Positions 1 through 13,815 are shown, counted from the stretch's first letter. The stretch: 64,000 nt of DNA from Eledone cirrhosa (GCA_964016885.1 OZ024743.1:274288001-274352000); one strand, 5' to 3'. The notes: a model not told the origin generated them from the sequence alone. Numbers and translations are program-made.

Positions 1-204
1 TATATATATATATATATATGTAGAAATAAACACAGTAAATTCTGTCTCTAAAATTACGGGGTAGAAATACCACATTTGTGTTATATATTTAACCTGAAAC
101 ATACGTAAGATATAAAATGTTTATATACAGACCGTATCAATAACTATTTCATCTCTCGGACAGATTAGAGATTTGAAAATTGTGTTTGTAACAGATAATC
201 CGTC

Positions 205-797
205 AATATACTGTGTGCTTAATCAAAAGCATTTCGAAGACCTTACGCTATTGTTTTAGAGTAGTGACAGTCTCACTTACTTTAATTTTCAAGAAACAGG
301 GGAGATAAAGCTGACAGAGCTCTGTTTCGCACTTGTTGGTGCTTATCAAAGCTAACTACTCCACCTGTTTGCTGAAAATCATGAATGTTTGATTCTTATA
401 GAATTCTACTAATAATCAGAGCACCAATTCTTATAGAATTCTAGTAATAATCAGAGCACCAATTCTAATTTTCAATTTCTGCTTGACCGGCAAACGTTCT
501 GTATAATCAGTTCCTGATTATTACTAGAATTCAATAAGAATCAAACGTTCATGATTTTCAGCAAACAGCTGGAGTAGTTAGCTTTGATAAGCACCAACAA
601 GTGCAAAACAGAGCTCTGTCAGCTTTATCTCCCCTGTTTGCTGAAAATTAAAGTAAGTGAGACTGTCACCACTCTAAAAGAATAGTGTAACGTCTTCGAA
701 ATGCTTTTGATTAAGCATACAGTGTATTGCAAAATACACTATATATACATTCATATATATATCGCTATTTCAGAGGACCAATTCTAATTTTCAATAT
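205..797. mobile_element. Fold-back Penelope-like pLTR fragment (hammerhead family C)
   Basis: About 205-420 is an inverted copy of about 512-730. Each arm has a hammerhead motif, the right end abuts (TA)n, and a related partial-tandem copy lies at 52110-52600. Confidence 0.7.
309..353 (-). ncRNA. Type I hammerhead ribozyme, U3:A8 core variant
   Basis: Minus strand reads AGCT-TTGATAA-GCAC caacaa GTGC-GAAA-CAGAGCTCTG-TC-AGCT. The plus-strand twin at 580-624 has AAAA instead of GAAA. The copy at 52385-52429 covaries in stems II and III. Confidence 0.8.
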
Positions 798-807
798 ATA
801 TATATAT

Positions 808-1425
808 GAGCAACGATGGTTACTAGACACTGTACGGCTTAATTCGGGATGTTTGTTTACAAACACACCGAGCATTATAATAAATGTTCGCTGAATCGAT
901 ATGTACATGTATATATGTGTGCATGTATGTATATATTATATATACATACTACTGTACGTCTGTATACATATATGTATGTACGTATACATACTTATATTTA
1001 AGTAACAGCCGTACTAAGAGTGAGAAAGGAAATTTCGTTTCATTTTTTCCGTTTATCGTTTTCGATACCCCGGCCGATTAACTCACTCGATATGCAAATT
1101 GGGCTGCTCAGCCGTTAATATGCATAAGGAAAGTACATACTTTCAGACGTTCAATCATCTGACAGGAAGGTATACGTTGCTGACGATAGCTAATAAGCCT
1201 GAAATTAGTACAGCGTTCCTTTGTCAGTGTTGAACAAACGAGCAACGATGGTTGCTAGACACTGTACGGTTTAATTCGGGTTGTTTGTTTACAAACACAC
1301 CGAGCATTATATTAAATGTTCGGTAAATCCATACGTACATGTATATATGTGTGCATGTATGTATATATATATATACATACTACTGTACGTCTGTATACAT
1401 ATATGTATGTACGTATACATACTTA
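808..1425 (+). mobile_element. About 1.4 units of the retrozyme-like/PLE-derived repeat (family B)
   Basis: 808-1000 repeats at about 1240-1425. The sequence is homologous to the reverse complement of the 35815-37525 array and contains one hammerhead. Confidence 0.7.
1174..1216 (+). ncRNA. Minimal type I hammerhead ribozyme (family B)
   Basis: ACGTTG-CTGACGA-tagct aata agcct-GAAA-TTAG-TA-CAGCGT. Stem I pairs; the loop 3 sequence is CTAG in the other copies. Confidence 0.75.
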
Positions 1426-2104
1426 TATATATATATATATATACATACATATAAAGAGTGAGAGCGAGCGAGATGAAAAATGTTTAGAAACGGCAGTGTT
1501 CATCACGCATGTTGATTTATACATGCCTATGAACATAATTACGTGTGTGTGTATGTGAGTTTGTATGTTTCTATGCGATCGCATTAACATGGCCATCAAT
1601 ATGGTATTTAACTATGAAACCGGCAGAGCTGTTTCAACGAATATTATCTAAAAGGCAAATTGAAAGGATGTTGGATAAGTTTGTGTAGGACAGAGAAGGA
1701 GGAAATAATTGACTGTAAATGTATATCTCCTTTAGTTCTCACATCAGTAGTAATTAATTTAACTAACGGCAATTAGATTAATTTGCTCTAAACAGCTGTT
1801 CCAAGCTCACATTCACAACACGCTTCAACTTAAATGTTGATGAGAAAAGGATAAATCAGAGAAACCCTATGTCCGCCATTTATACTGATACGTTGTAAAC
1901 GAGGATTCAATTTTCAATAATGATAATAATGTTTTCTACTGTAGGCACAAGGCCAGTAATTTGGAGGGGGGAGTCGATTATATCGACCCCAGTGCATCAC
2001 TGGTGCTTTATTTTAACGACCACATAAGGATGAAATGTAAAGCTAGCCTTAATAATAATGATGATGATGATGATGATGACGATGATGATGATGATGATGA
2101 TAAT

Positions 2105-2285
2105 AATTGTTTCTACTTTAGGCAAAAGGCCAGCAAATACCCAGTGCATTACTGGTACTTTATTTTATCGACCCCGTAAGGATGAAAGGCAAAGTCAACC
2201 TCGCCGGGATTTGAACTCAGATCGTAAAGGGACGTAACTAGCTGGAAAGCATGGGGTCCGACCCTCTACTGATACTGCCAATCCA
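2105..2285 (-). mobile_element. tRNA-derived SINE (octopus-type)
   Basis: Reverse complement has an A-box-like TGGCAGTATCAG, B-box GAGTTCAAATCC, body GCCTTTCATCCTTACGGGGTCGATAAAAT and an (ATT)n tail. An adjacent partial copy lies at about 1930-2050. Confidence 0.8.
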
Positions 2286-2297
2286 TGATGATAATAA

Positions 2298-3730
2298 TGT
2301 ATGGAATTTGGTGTTAATAAGTGTGGAGTCTTGGTGATGAAGAGGGGTAAATTGAGCAATGGGATCCAGGTACCAACAGGTGAGATGATAAAGGAAATTG
2401 ACATTGAAGAGGGATACAAATATTTAGGTGTTCTGGAGGCAGATGACACCAAGAACAAACAAATGAAGAAATTGATAAGATCTGAATACTTAAGGAGAGT
2501 AAGGAACATACTTAAATCACATCTAAATAGTAGGTATGTCATAAGTGCAGTAAATTCCCGAGCTGTGTCTATTATTAGGTACAGTGCGGGAATTCTGAAA
2601 TGGAATGTTGCTGAACAAAATGAAATGGATAGGAAGTCTAGGAAGCTAAAGACTATCTACAACATGTTCCACAAGAGGAGTGATGTTGATAGACTCTACT
2701 TAAAGAGATCTGAAGGTGGAAGAGGTCTTATCAGCATAGAGGGCTGTGTTCAGATAGAGAAAAACAACCTGCACAAATATGTGACTGACAGTAGGGAGCC
2801 AATGCTCAAAATTGTACTGAAGGTGAAGACAATAGACCAGGAGATGTCCAAGGATGAAATAACAACAAGGAGGAAAAGCAGCCTTCATGAAAAATCCCTT
2901 CATAGCACCTTCTTTAAGAAAACGGAATTTAGAGATCCACAGACATGGAATTGGTTAAAAAGATGAGACCTTAAAAAAGCTACAGAAGGAATGCTAATGG
3001 CTGCGCAAGAGCAAGCACTCAGAACGAAGTGGGTGAAACACCATATTGACAAGGAGGAGGCTAGCTCACTGTATAGGATATGTGGTGAGAGAGAGGTGAC
3101 TGTGACTCACATTATATCCGAGTGTAAACAACTAGCCCAGACTCACTATAAAGGTTGGAGACATGATGTGATGGGCAGGGTGATCCACTGGCATCTATGC
3201 AAAGTAAACAATATTCCACATTCTGAGAAGTGGTATGAGCATAAGCCAGAGTCGGTGATAGAAAACGATCAGGTGAGGGTGCTGTGGGATTTTAGGATAC
3301 AGACGGACAAGAAATTAGAACATAATAGGCCTGACCTGGTGGTTTTGGACAAGGAAAAAAGATCGTGCCTGATTGTAAATGTAGCCTGCCCATTTGACAT
3401 GGGAGTGCAAGAAAAGGAGAGGGAGAAAATTACCCGATACCAGGATTTAAAGTGGGAGTTTAAAAGGATTTGGAACCGCCATGAAATCAAGGTCGTCCCA
3501 ATTGTCATAGGCGCACTAGGTACTATCTCAAAGAGTTTCCAAGAATGGTTAAAGAAGATTAGTCCAGCCCCGCTTTTTAGAACACTTCAAAAGGCATGCT
3601 TGCTTGGAACAGCAAGAACCCTCCGATACGTCCTGAATGTATGGGGCTGCAGGTAGAGGCTTGATATTCATTTCAACAAACTTTCCAGTTAAATAACATC
3701 AATGACTGAGACTCAAAGAACAATAATAAT
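2298..3730 (+). mobile_element. 5'-truncated R4/Dong-type non-LTR retrotransposon (RT C-terminus, CCHC finger, restriction-like endonuclease)
   Basis: Motifs MEFGVNKC..YKYLGV, LMAAQEQALRT, RICGERE..HIISEC, RHD, NRPDLVV, and VPIVIGALG. A single in-frame TGA at 2964-2966 joins the two ORFs. It is flanked by (AAT)n, the established Dong target. Confidence 0.9.
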
Positions 3731-3734
3731 AATT

Positions 3735-3920
3735 GTTTCTACATTTGGCACAGAGCTAGCAATTACTTAGTGTATTACTGGTACTTTATTTTATCGACCC
3801 CATAAGGATGAAAGGCAAAGTTAACCTCGGATGGATTTGAACTCAGAATGGCAAGGGCCGTAATTCTATGCGTTAAAGCATGGCGTCCGACCCTCTACCG
3901 ATACTGCCAATCCACCGCCA
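3735..3920 (-). mobile_element. tRNA-derived SINE
   Basis: Same family as 10423-10609, in reverse orientation. Confidence 0.8.
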
Positions 3921-5244
3921 AGAACAATAATAATAATGATAATGATAATGATAATAATAATGATAATAAAGATATTTAAACCGAGAATTTGCCGGGAGGT
4001 GAAAGTCGATTACATTAACTTCAGTACGTGACTGGTACTTTATTTTATCTATACCGACGCTCAATCGATTTTATAGAAGGAAAATGCATAGTGGTAGTTT
4101 ACAATATGTTCATGTGGTTTTCACTGGTGGCCTATCATTTAGCTGTTCTACAACATCGAAACCAAATTCATAGATACATTGTAGTCCTATTCCTCTTACA
4201 TCGATTTGTTTAGATGGTCTCTCAGTTCTTCCTTTGATTAAAGGAGAAATGTGAACTTCATGGCAACATAGAATGAGGAGGTTAGCTCTGCCTCATAATT
4301 TTTTGCTTGCTTCCTCATTACGTGTATTCTTTTTACGGGTCCTTTTTTATCTTAATATTTCCTCTGGCTCCTGCAGTCTGCAATAATTGCATGTTTTCTA
4401 TCTCCACTTCTTTGCCAAACCAAGATATGATGGTCCTGCAGTTTTGACAGGAGCGGGATTTACTGGGCTCTTGAAAGCGAGATCGAGGTGATTTTCCCGG
4501 TGTTGTTGACGCTCTGTATACTGAAGATTACGTAACTATTGTTGTTACTTTTTCTTTTATTATCTAATATGCCTTGTGGATAGAAGGTACGTTAAATGAC
4601 ATGTATTTCGATATTTTAGCAGCTGGCCCTTTTACTCATAACAACCAGTCGTGAGTCTTTTTCTCATAATAACCCTTACAGAGCCTAACGCTATGTTTTG
4701 TGATCGTGTGCTCTCATGAGCATGTCGATAAAGACTCCACCTGCTCACACATTGCTTAATGTCACGTCAGCACTGAGCAAGTGCTCATACTGTATTAAGA
4801 TGTCCCTGAGACAGAGATCAATATCATAACTGAAAAGTATAGACTAATATTTCAACTCTAACACTTCACTCGCATTTTAATTTTATAGGCCACGGAAAGA
4901 TCAAAGGCAATGTTGACGTAGGCAAAATTTGAAATTACAACGCAAATGTTATGCAGTTAAATATTGCAAGGTGTTTTATTTGTCCTTCTACTGGTTTTGT
5001 CAATCCATTCTACATTTTGTTAACCTTTAAACTTCTCGGTTATCTTGAACATCCTTGTTGGATACTTTTATGCATTTTCTCTTACGATCTCCCTAATTCA
5101 TATTTTAAGAAATGAAACACTTGATATTAGCTAATAACGTTAGAATATATAAAACATGACAACGTCGCTATCTATATTTATTGGACGATATGCAGGGAGA
5201 TTGTCCTTGGCTGCTTTCTCGAGTACTTGGCTGCTTTCTCGAGT

Positions 5245-5460
5245 ACGGTGGATTGGCAGTATCGGTAGAGAGTCGGACGCCATACTTTGCTGCATAGAGT
5301 TATGATCTGAGTTCAAATCCCGCCGAGGTTGACTTTTCCTTTCATCCTTACGGGGTCGATAAAATAAAGTACCAGTCACGCACTGGGGTCAATTTCATCG
5401 ACTTTTCCCTCCCCACAACAAAACAATTGATGTCCTTGTGCATATATAAGAAACCATTAC
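5245..5460 (+). mobile_element. tRNA-derived SINE
   Basis: TGGCAGTATCGG...GAGTTCAAATCCCGCCGAGG...GGGGTCGATAAAATAAAGTACCAG. Further partial or degenerate copies lie near 3975-4050, 6300-6455, 12957-13110, 28020-28150, 28780-28825, 30885-30935 and 31780-31905. Confidence 0.8.
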
Positions 5461-7095
5461 TTTATTAACTTACAAGAACGAAAGTCAGTCGTCTAGGTTA
5501 TTGCATAACTAAATAGCACAGGTTATACTGATTCTACATGTAGTAGTAGTAGTAGTAGTAGTAGGATGAGGAGGAGGATGAGGAGGGGGAGAAGAAGGAG
5601 GAGGAGGCTTTTAAAGAAATAGTAGCTCTGGCAGTTTATTTATTCGAATGTGCCGCAGTATATTTGAGTTATCAACCTCGATGAAAGAGGAAAAGAGGGA
5701 CAAATAAAAAGACAAATCCAAGTCGAATTCAGTTGAATAAGAATGAGAAACAATTTGCGTAAAAACAAATATTCAATTAGTCTTTTAGATCAGTAGTCTT
5801 TTGCTGTGGCCTAGATCACTGTGCATGGTTATTGATACTGAATGTTTTCATGTACAAATCATCAACGAAAATTAGCAAGAGACAATCAGAAGAATCTTTG
5901 AAACATGTGAATACGAGACATGAATAAAAATCAGGGTATATGCTGAAAGGTGCGCCAATATATGCGGATTGCTTAAATTGAAGAACTCACACGGTCTGAA
6001 AATATGTAAAAATATTTTTAGGAACGAATTAGTAAAAAATATAATGACACAAATACCGGAATTAAGAAAATAAACCAATATTCTTTATTCTAAAAAATGA
6101 GCTAACAAAAATTTGCTCCTTATGGGATGATACATTTGCTTGTTGAACTCGTAAAAATTCCACATTTTATAAATCTTCTTGATTCAGTTTTGATGTATAA
6201 ATATATTGATCCTCATAACATTGTCACTTTACGTTATAAATTCCAGTTGTATCTTCGATTTCATTCTATACCCAAACATATTTCATATATAGTTACAGCC
6301 TTTTACGCTCCGAGTTCAAATCCCGCCGAGGTTAACATTGCATTTCATCCATTACGGGGTCGATAAAATAAAGCACCAGTAATGCACTGGGGTCGATTTA
6401 ATAGACTTTCCCGTCCCCAAAAATGTTGGTCATATGTGCTTAAAGTAGAAACAATTACTCATTAAATATGTCAACTAGGTCTGTCATATTGTGCCATAGT
6501 TAAGGCTAGAGACGTATAAGGAACTATATACAATATGTTTATGTATAATAAACAGGCATAAGGATGTTTATTATACATGAACATATTAAACATACTTTCA
6601 TGTACGTTTTTATACTGAATAAAACTGTATTAGCATTACTGCTAATGGTTTAGGTTGCCAAAATAGAAACGCTGGAACATGTTTCATTGTTAAAGTTTTC
6701 AATTTTCTCTTCGCTATGGAACACAAAGTGAACGGGCGCTTTTAATCGTGACACCAGCACAACCACTTTATAAATCCATGTTTGATGTTCACTAAACAAT
6801 ATCTACCAGCCATTTAGAAGAATACCTGTCACGTCAATTATTTCGTTGCAGTGGTGGATATTATTTCATCGTTTTTACATCCCTTTTTTCCACGTTTGCA
6901 TGGGTTAATGAGACGTTGTCTGTACAGCATTGCTGCAGTTGTTTTTTTCTTTGTGAAATGCTGATTCCTGAGTTGATAATATTTAACCCTTATTTCCTAG
7001 TTTTATCCAGCTTTATAACTTCTCAATTGTATTATCCTTATTTATTAATTTTTTATTTAATTTTTGCATTCAATAATGAAAATACTTAAGGAATG

Positions 7096-7270
7096 GAAGT
7101 GTCCTTGGTCCTAGGATCACCTCTCCACTCACCATCATCAGCACAGAGTTGTGTACCGGTAGATGTGAGCCTCGCAAGCTGGAATGGCTCCTCCAGCGCG
7201 TCTCCTTCACCGAGGAAACGCCTTCTCTATTCTGTCCGCCGGAGCCGCGAGGCGGCTAGCGCGTGGGTCC
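7096..7270 (+). mobile_element. C-terminal fragment of a CRE-like (RLE-type) non-LTR element
   Basis: Frames read EPRKLEWLLQRVSF and then RGNAFSILSAG, matching the WLxQRLSxAxxRGNAxSIL end motif of CRE-type ORFs. Confidence 0.6.
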
Positions 7271-7526
7271 CATTTGCTTATAATAAGGAGAGATGGGGAA
7301 AGTGGGAGAAACGAAGCCAGCGTCAGTGGAAGTTTTGTCCCACTGTGTTCGGACCTGTTGTATAAGTATATATTTATTTACCTCACCACCGATATATGAC
7401 TAAACAATGAGAACATCTGGAGGATGTATTGAAACTCTATCCTGGAATATACTATATAAGAACATCTGTTATATTCTAAATACCAAATGAGATAGTTAAA
7501 TTGATGAAAGTATGTATATAAGAAGT

Positions 7527-7790
7527 CATCATCATCATCAGGTCGAGCTTGCTCAGCTTTCTACGACACGTTTCTTCCATTTATCTCTGTCTCTCATAGC
7601 GTTTGCCAGTTCTTCCGCAGTGCATCCAGTATCGTCCTCAAGTTGCTTGACGTATGTCTTCTTGGGACGACCAGCGTTTCTTGCTCCATGAGATAGACTC
7701 CATAACAACAAATCACCTGCTATTTCTTCCTTGCTGCGTGGACAGTCTCTATCCACGTATTGACCTGCTGATAGGTGGTATATTGCCATA
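7527..7790 (-). mobile_element. 3' end of an RTE-type LINE
   Basis: DLLLW..HGARNAGRPKKTYVKQL...AMRDRDKWKKRV followed by a (GAT)n tail. Confidence 0.75.
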
Positions 7791-8458
7791 GAGATCCTTA
7801 TTTGTTGGCTGTTCCCTCCAAGACACGTTTAAAGCAGCACGGAGCATACTTGTGTATGCCCCGTCTAGCTTTTAAGAAGCTTATAAGAAGCTTATAAGAA
7901 GAAGAAACCTTATTATAGGTTAGATGGATTTTTATACTCAGCTGACACAACAAACAGAAATGTGGAAAATGTGGAAAATATTCGATTGTATTTATCCATG
8001 GAAACTTCAGCAGCAGCACTATGAAGAGAATCTACATTCTTGGGAAGAAATAAAATTTTATGGTAGAGTGAGGGAACTAAATAGCTTAAACATTTAGTCG
8101 GACCGTACTACACCTTCTCACCAATTATCCCCACCTTTATAAAATAGATATGATCATATTAATGGTTTCTTACATGTCTACCTTGTTATACATTTCAAAG
8201 ACGGTTATATATTTATGAATAGACGTAGAGTATATTGAGTATATTGTTCGGACATATTTTATTGATTTTATAAATGACACGAGTAAGCTGAAACTTCGAA
8301 GTCACTGTCACATTTCTACATCGAGAATACATTTCTATACTTTATTCACCAGTATTGAGTGTATATTAAGTTAATGTTTTAATGTTTCAATTACTACTCT
8401 ATTCTAAACACATATTCTTACATAATCTATCTATCTATATCTATATCTATTTATTTAT

Positions 8459-8512
<54 letters not shown>

Positions 8513-8516
8513 CTCG

Positions 8517-8562
<46 letters not shown>

Positions 8563-8565
<3 letters not shown>

Positions 8566-8668
8566 AAAAGGTCCTGAACCTTTTCCTATTACCCACTCTA
8601 CTACCCAGTATCGAGTACTTTGGTGCGTTATGGTCCACCTGGTTACTTACCACATTTCATTCGTTATA
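8563..8668 (+). mobile_element. Short pLTR 3' fragment with an 11-bp fold-back; same family as 51075-51285 and 55685-55853
   Basis: Shared sequence CTTTTCCTATTACCCACTCTACTACCC..GTATCGAGTACT, embedded in (TA)n. Confidence 0.55.
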
Positions 8669-9119
8669 TATATATATATATATATATATTTATTTTAAAG
8701 AAAACGAAAAATCAGTGATGCATCTGAACTTAGTTTATTTCGTGTTACAAATATATATAATATATACACTCTACTCTGATGAATATCGAGTGGTAATTTT
8801 GGCATACCGCCTACGGAAGCACCCTAGCTACCACTATACACAAAAATATATATATATATATATATATATAAATTAGCGAGAATCGTATTTCGGCTTAGGA
8901 ATTAACGAAAAACAACTTCCGAGATGTGTGGCAAGCGCTCAAGGATTCAGATGAACCAGAGCTACAACATACGTTAAAGGCCAAACACACTCAGACGATG
9001 GTTAAACAATCATCCGCACAACCATAAAAACGACCAAGTAATTCGGGTCAAACCAATAAAAATATATGTGATTGAAAATTTACCCGAAAAAAAAAGAATA
9101 TATATATATATATATAAAA

Positions 9120-9900
9120 GAATAGAGGTGTAACACACGAGTTATGATATATTGGTAAAAGGAAAAGAAAATGCTGACAAATTGTTCCCAGTGAAAAATA
9201 GTTTAATTAGGAATAAGTAAAAATTAGTAATAGTATTCGTTAGTATTCAGTTTTGGTTTTAAGTTTTACCGGTTGCGCATTTCTAATGCTTTTCAAAAAT
9301 AATTTTGAGATAGAGCGCCCGTAATGTTTGCTCTAATTTGATTAGTTTTCGAAATTCTACCTGTTTTATGTAAAAAAAAGTGGCTCCAGATGTATGAAAA
9401 AATGATTGTGGTCAAAACAATTTTGATTGGTCGGTAGAGGTCATGTGAATGTTAAAAATTGATTTTGCACCAAATGTAGGTTTGTCTCGGCTGATTGAGA
9501 AGTCACTGAAAAATAAGTCTTTCAATACAAATATGTGTGTGTGTGTGAGTGTAGTAGTAGTAAAGAGTTTCGTTGTTGTGATAATGGTCAGCAGGGATGT
9601 GTGTGCGAACCGTAGCCTGCTGACAGTTCAAATGCCTATTAAGACATGTGTGTGTGTGTGTGTGTGTAGCAGAGTAATTCGTGGTAGAGGGATCAGTCAG
9701 TAGGAATGTGTCTGTACGTGTGTGGGGGATATTTTAACATGTTAAAAGATATTTTTCAGCTCTTGTCTTATACGGAGAAGTGTGTGTGTATACTTAAAAC
9801 CAAAACTGAATACTAACCAATACTATTACTAATTTTTACTTATTCCTAATTAAACTATTTTTCACTGGGAACAATTTGTCAGCATTTACTTTTCCTTTTA

Positions 9901-9906
<6 letters not shown>
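9120..9906. mobile_element. Fold-back PLE-like fragment with a degenerate hammerhead
   Basis: Inverted repeats at about 9150-9264 and 9792-9906. Minus-strand 9261-9300 reads TTT-TTGAAAA-GCAT tagaa ATGC-GCAA-CCGG-TA-AAA. It is flanked by (TA)n. Confidence 0.6.
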
Positions 9907-9962
<56 letters not shown>

Positions 9963-9966
<4 letters not shown>

Positions 9967-10960
9967 TGTGGCCCTTAGCAATAGGTAATTTTCAGAAAGT
10001 TAAAATGTTGCTGATCCCACCGCCTAATCCTGTGTCAATCAACAAAGATAGGGGTGTGCAAAATGTTAGCTCAATCAGACAAATGTTAGGTGACTGGCAA
10101 ACGCCTTGAAGTTGGAACATAATATACGCAACGATTAGTTCTGTTCAAAAGCGGTATAATGTTCCCTATAGCGACCATATTTTTTCTTCTAAGAGAAATT
10201 TATGTGGACATCTCCAGCCAAACCCAGCAAATCTTTAAAAACGTTCTGAATCGAATTTACCAATAGTTAATTTGAAAAGTTCCTGAAATAACATGAACAA
10301 CTTAAGAAATATTAAGTTTTCTTAATAAAGCACAACTTTTTTATTTAGAACAATAATTTCTATAGAATAAAAAAACATAATGTGAAAATTGAACACTGAA
10401 TATTGAATATTATTTTTGTATAGGGCGTTGGATTGGCAGTGTCGGTAGAGGGTCGGACGCCATGGTTTGACGTATATAGTTACGGCCCTTGCCATTCTGA
10501 GTTCAAATCCCGCCGAGGTTAACTTTGCCTTTCATCCTTACGGGGTCGATAAAATAAAGTACCAGTAATGTACTGGGTAATTACTGGCCTTGTGCCAAAA
10601 GTAGAAACAATTATTTTTGTATAAGAGGATTTAGTGGCAGTTGGGTGTGTTTTACGGTTTTCGGTAACGATGTGTAAAACAAAATGTTTCTCAGTTTCAT
10701 TTTTTATGAGAATGTTATTGTAATCCTGAATGAGTTGACACCTTTTTCTGCAACATCATTCATAACAACTGTCTTCTCAAGTTTTTCAAGTTCACTTTTG
10801 TAACCAGGATCATCCTTCCATGTTGAAGGGTAATTGTCGAGGAAATCGGTGCTGATAGAAAATTTTGTAAAGAAAGTTTTTGTACCAGGAGTTACAAATG
10901 ACAAAAATCGAGGTTTGTGAAGGAAGAAAAGTCATTTTGGTGCAGAATGTACCTCTTCAG
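9963..10960 (-). mobile_element. DNA transposon remnant (hAT-superfamily/hATm-like transposase C-terminus and terminus)
   Basis: ORF 10704-10904 reads TDFLDNYPSTWKDDPGY...VVMNDVAEKGV (a VVNDxAERGVK-type motif). A TAGtGTGgCCCTTA terminus lies at 9963, and a SINE interrupts the element. Confidence 0.5.
10423..10609 (+). mobile_element. Full-length tRNA-derived SINE with a 14-bp target-site duplication
   Basis: A and B boxes are present. ATTATTTTTGTATA is duplicated at 10409-10422 and 10610-10623. Confidence 0.88.
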
Positions 10961-11204
10961 TTGATTTTTTCTGCTGCCTCTCCTTCCCCTTTGTCTGCTT
11001 CCAGCATAACTTGAGCAATATTTGCCCTAACTTCTCCTTGCTCTCGTTTTCTCATTGTTCTCCTTGCTCTCCTTTTATCTTTGCTCTTCTTGCTCTCCTT
11101 TTCTTATTGCTCTCCTTGCTCTCCTTTCATCCTTCCTCTCCTTTTATCCTTGCTCTCCTTTTCTCCTTACTCCCCTTGCCCTCATTGCTCTCCTTTTATC
11201 CTTG

Positions 11205-11414
11205 CTCTAACGGAAACAGACCCCAGATATTTCAAGAAGTCTTTGGACAAATTCCTTCAAGAAATTCCGGATAAACCTACTATACCCGGATATGTCTCCG
11301 TAAACATTAACTCTCCTGATTTGCAAGACTTCGCCAGTTGGAGCTATTAAGTTAGATATGGTCTGGGCCAATACTGGGCGAAACCTTTCAAATTATCAAA
11401 GTTATCAAAGTTAT
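11205..11414 (+). mobile_element. 3' end of a CR1-group LINE
   Basis: FKKSLDKFLQEIPDKPTIPGY C-terminal motif, a short hairpin and a tandem (TTATCAAAG)n tail. Confidence 0.6.
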
Positions 11415-11711
<297 letters not shown>

Positions 11712-12687
11712 TTATAACACGACAACGTTCTTTTAGCAAGTCATGTGCTCTCTCACTATATACATATATGTGTGTGTGTGTGTGTGTGTATGTGTGTGTG
11801 GTGCCAACTAACATATATCAAAGCTGTTTCCCTATTTCTCTCTAGATCATGATAGCAATCCAACTGGAAGGATTCTTGGGTATTCTGACCTCTTTTGGTT
11901 CACATAAATGGTTTATAAGATAATTCTATGTTTTATAGGAGTTTGATATGGTTATGTTTATAAAGCAAAATGTGTTTTTCGCACATAGATTATTGGGATT
12001 TATTCAATTTAAATGTTTTAATTATTAAATTGTCATTGAAACATTTATTTAACGCCTATAGTAATCGACTCAATGTCCCCCTCTCTTTTTTGCACTCTCC
12101 CTCTCTCCCCCTCTCTCTCTTTCTCCCTACCTCTGTCTCTCTCTCTGTATTTTCTTTTTTTGTACGATATTCAAATTGTCGAAGTGTTCTTGTTATTTTT
12201 CCTCTAGCAAATTTATAACTACAGTTGAAATTAATCTATTAATTAAATTAATTCCGCAAAAGAGCAAGTATGATCGAACGTTTGTGCATGTAAACGTGTG
12301 TTTGTGTGAGTACGAATTTTCTTCTCACGTATGTGCGTTACTGTGTATAGCTGATCCGTGGATTCCGTTGAAAATAAAATCTAATAATTTACTGTACTGA
12401 TCTCTACACGACAGCAAATTTCTGTAGGTGAAGTTTCCTTGTCTACTTAGAGCTCAACACACTCACTAGGCAAAATACTTTCTGAACAATTATTACAATC
12501 TGTTTATTAGTGTAGTGGATTAGTATAATTATTACAGTAACGCACGCAATGTCTTGGTGTATTCAGTTTCCTACCTTTGCTTTTTAATTTCAAATCTTTT
12601 TCGATTTTGCATTACATACTTCCGTGTCAACAATATATGGGTTTCGAGTATACTAATCATAGCACCAATAAAATACTATTGGCATCC

Positions 12688-12747
<60 letters not shown>

Positions 12748-13815
12748 TGAAATATTACATCATTTTAACAATTACTGTTGTTACTGTTATATATATATTT
12801 CCAGTGGTGTATGTTATGCAATATATACAACCTCATTAGACAGCTAGTGAGTAATCTTACGTCCAATGCGTCATATGACAACTGGGCGGCTTTTGAAGAT
12901 GCCCGTCCAATGCCCAGCTGATGCATATATATATATATATGGGGGGGGGGGGGGGCGTGTGATCGACTTGTTAGAGTCGTTATAATGTCGAATGGAGAAT
13001 ATTTTACTGTATTCGTTCCAACACTCTGAGTTCAAATCCCACTGATGTCAACTTCGCCTTTCACTCTTCCTGGGACGATAAAATTGTAGCACTCCAGTAG
13101 GTTTGATTCTTTTTTACTCTCTCTCTCTCTCTTCTTTTGGAGAAACCGGTTATATTCAAACCTGGAGAGGAAAATGGCATTGCCTTGTTTACATGCCCGC
13201 TACACACCAATACGAGTTATATATTATATTTGTGTTGCATTGCATTAAACATTCCCACCCATCCTTATTTTTTAGGTACTTTAATTGCCTCGAAAGGATG
13301 AATGGCAAATCTGACACCCAGTCCGAAATGAGCCGGAACAAACACCACATCTTATTATATCGGGTGTTATTGCGACTCGTGTATTTCGCCACCTTAATGC
13401 CATTGTCCCAGGAGCCTGAATTGATAATGATTTTGAATTTTATAACATGATCATAAAGACACCACTTTGTTCTACTTCTGCGCGTTGTGTATTTTATCTG
13501 GCATAAGATGAATGACACAAATTATCTATCTTCCAACTCTCTCCATAATCGAGTTTTCCTTCAATACTATAAACCAACGGACATGTTAATTATAGAATGT
13601 TTATATTAATTAAATTTTGCTATCTATTATATATATATATATATGTGAATTGGACTCTTGAAAATCAAATATCTTGCACAAAGAACTAACCAGGCAACAT
13701 TGAAGCGATGGTAATGTTAGATTTGTAATACTATATGAACAATTTATATAGCTACAATACTCAATAAACACATATATTGACTATCTCGTAATCATGGCTT
13801 ATTTATTTATTTCAG

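Noticed and set aside
8770-8840. CTGATGA in a short inter-microsatellite segment
   Set aside because: There is no downstream GAAA/UH and no stem I partner.
9170-9210. CTGACAA-attg ttcc cagt-GAAA on the plus strand
   Set aside because: C3/A8 is uncompensated and there is no stem I. It is antisense to the family's better-supported motif, so probably chance.
11030-11205. Hydrophobic Leu/Ser/Pro ORFs
   Set aside because: They come from a degenerate pyrimidine-rich (CTCCTTG) low-complexity repeat.
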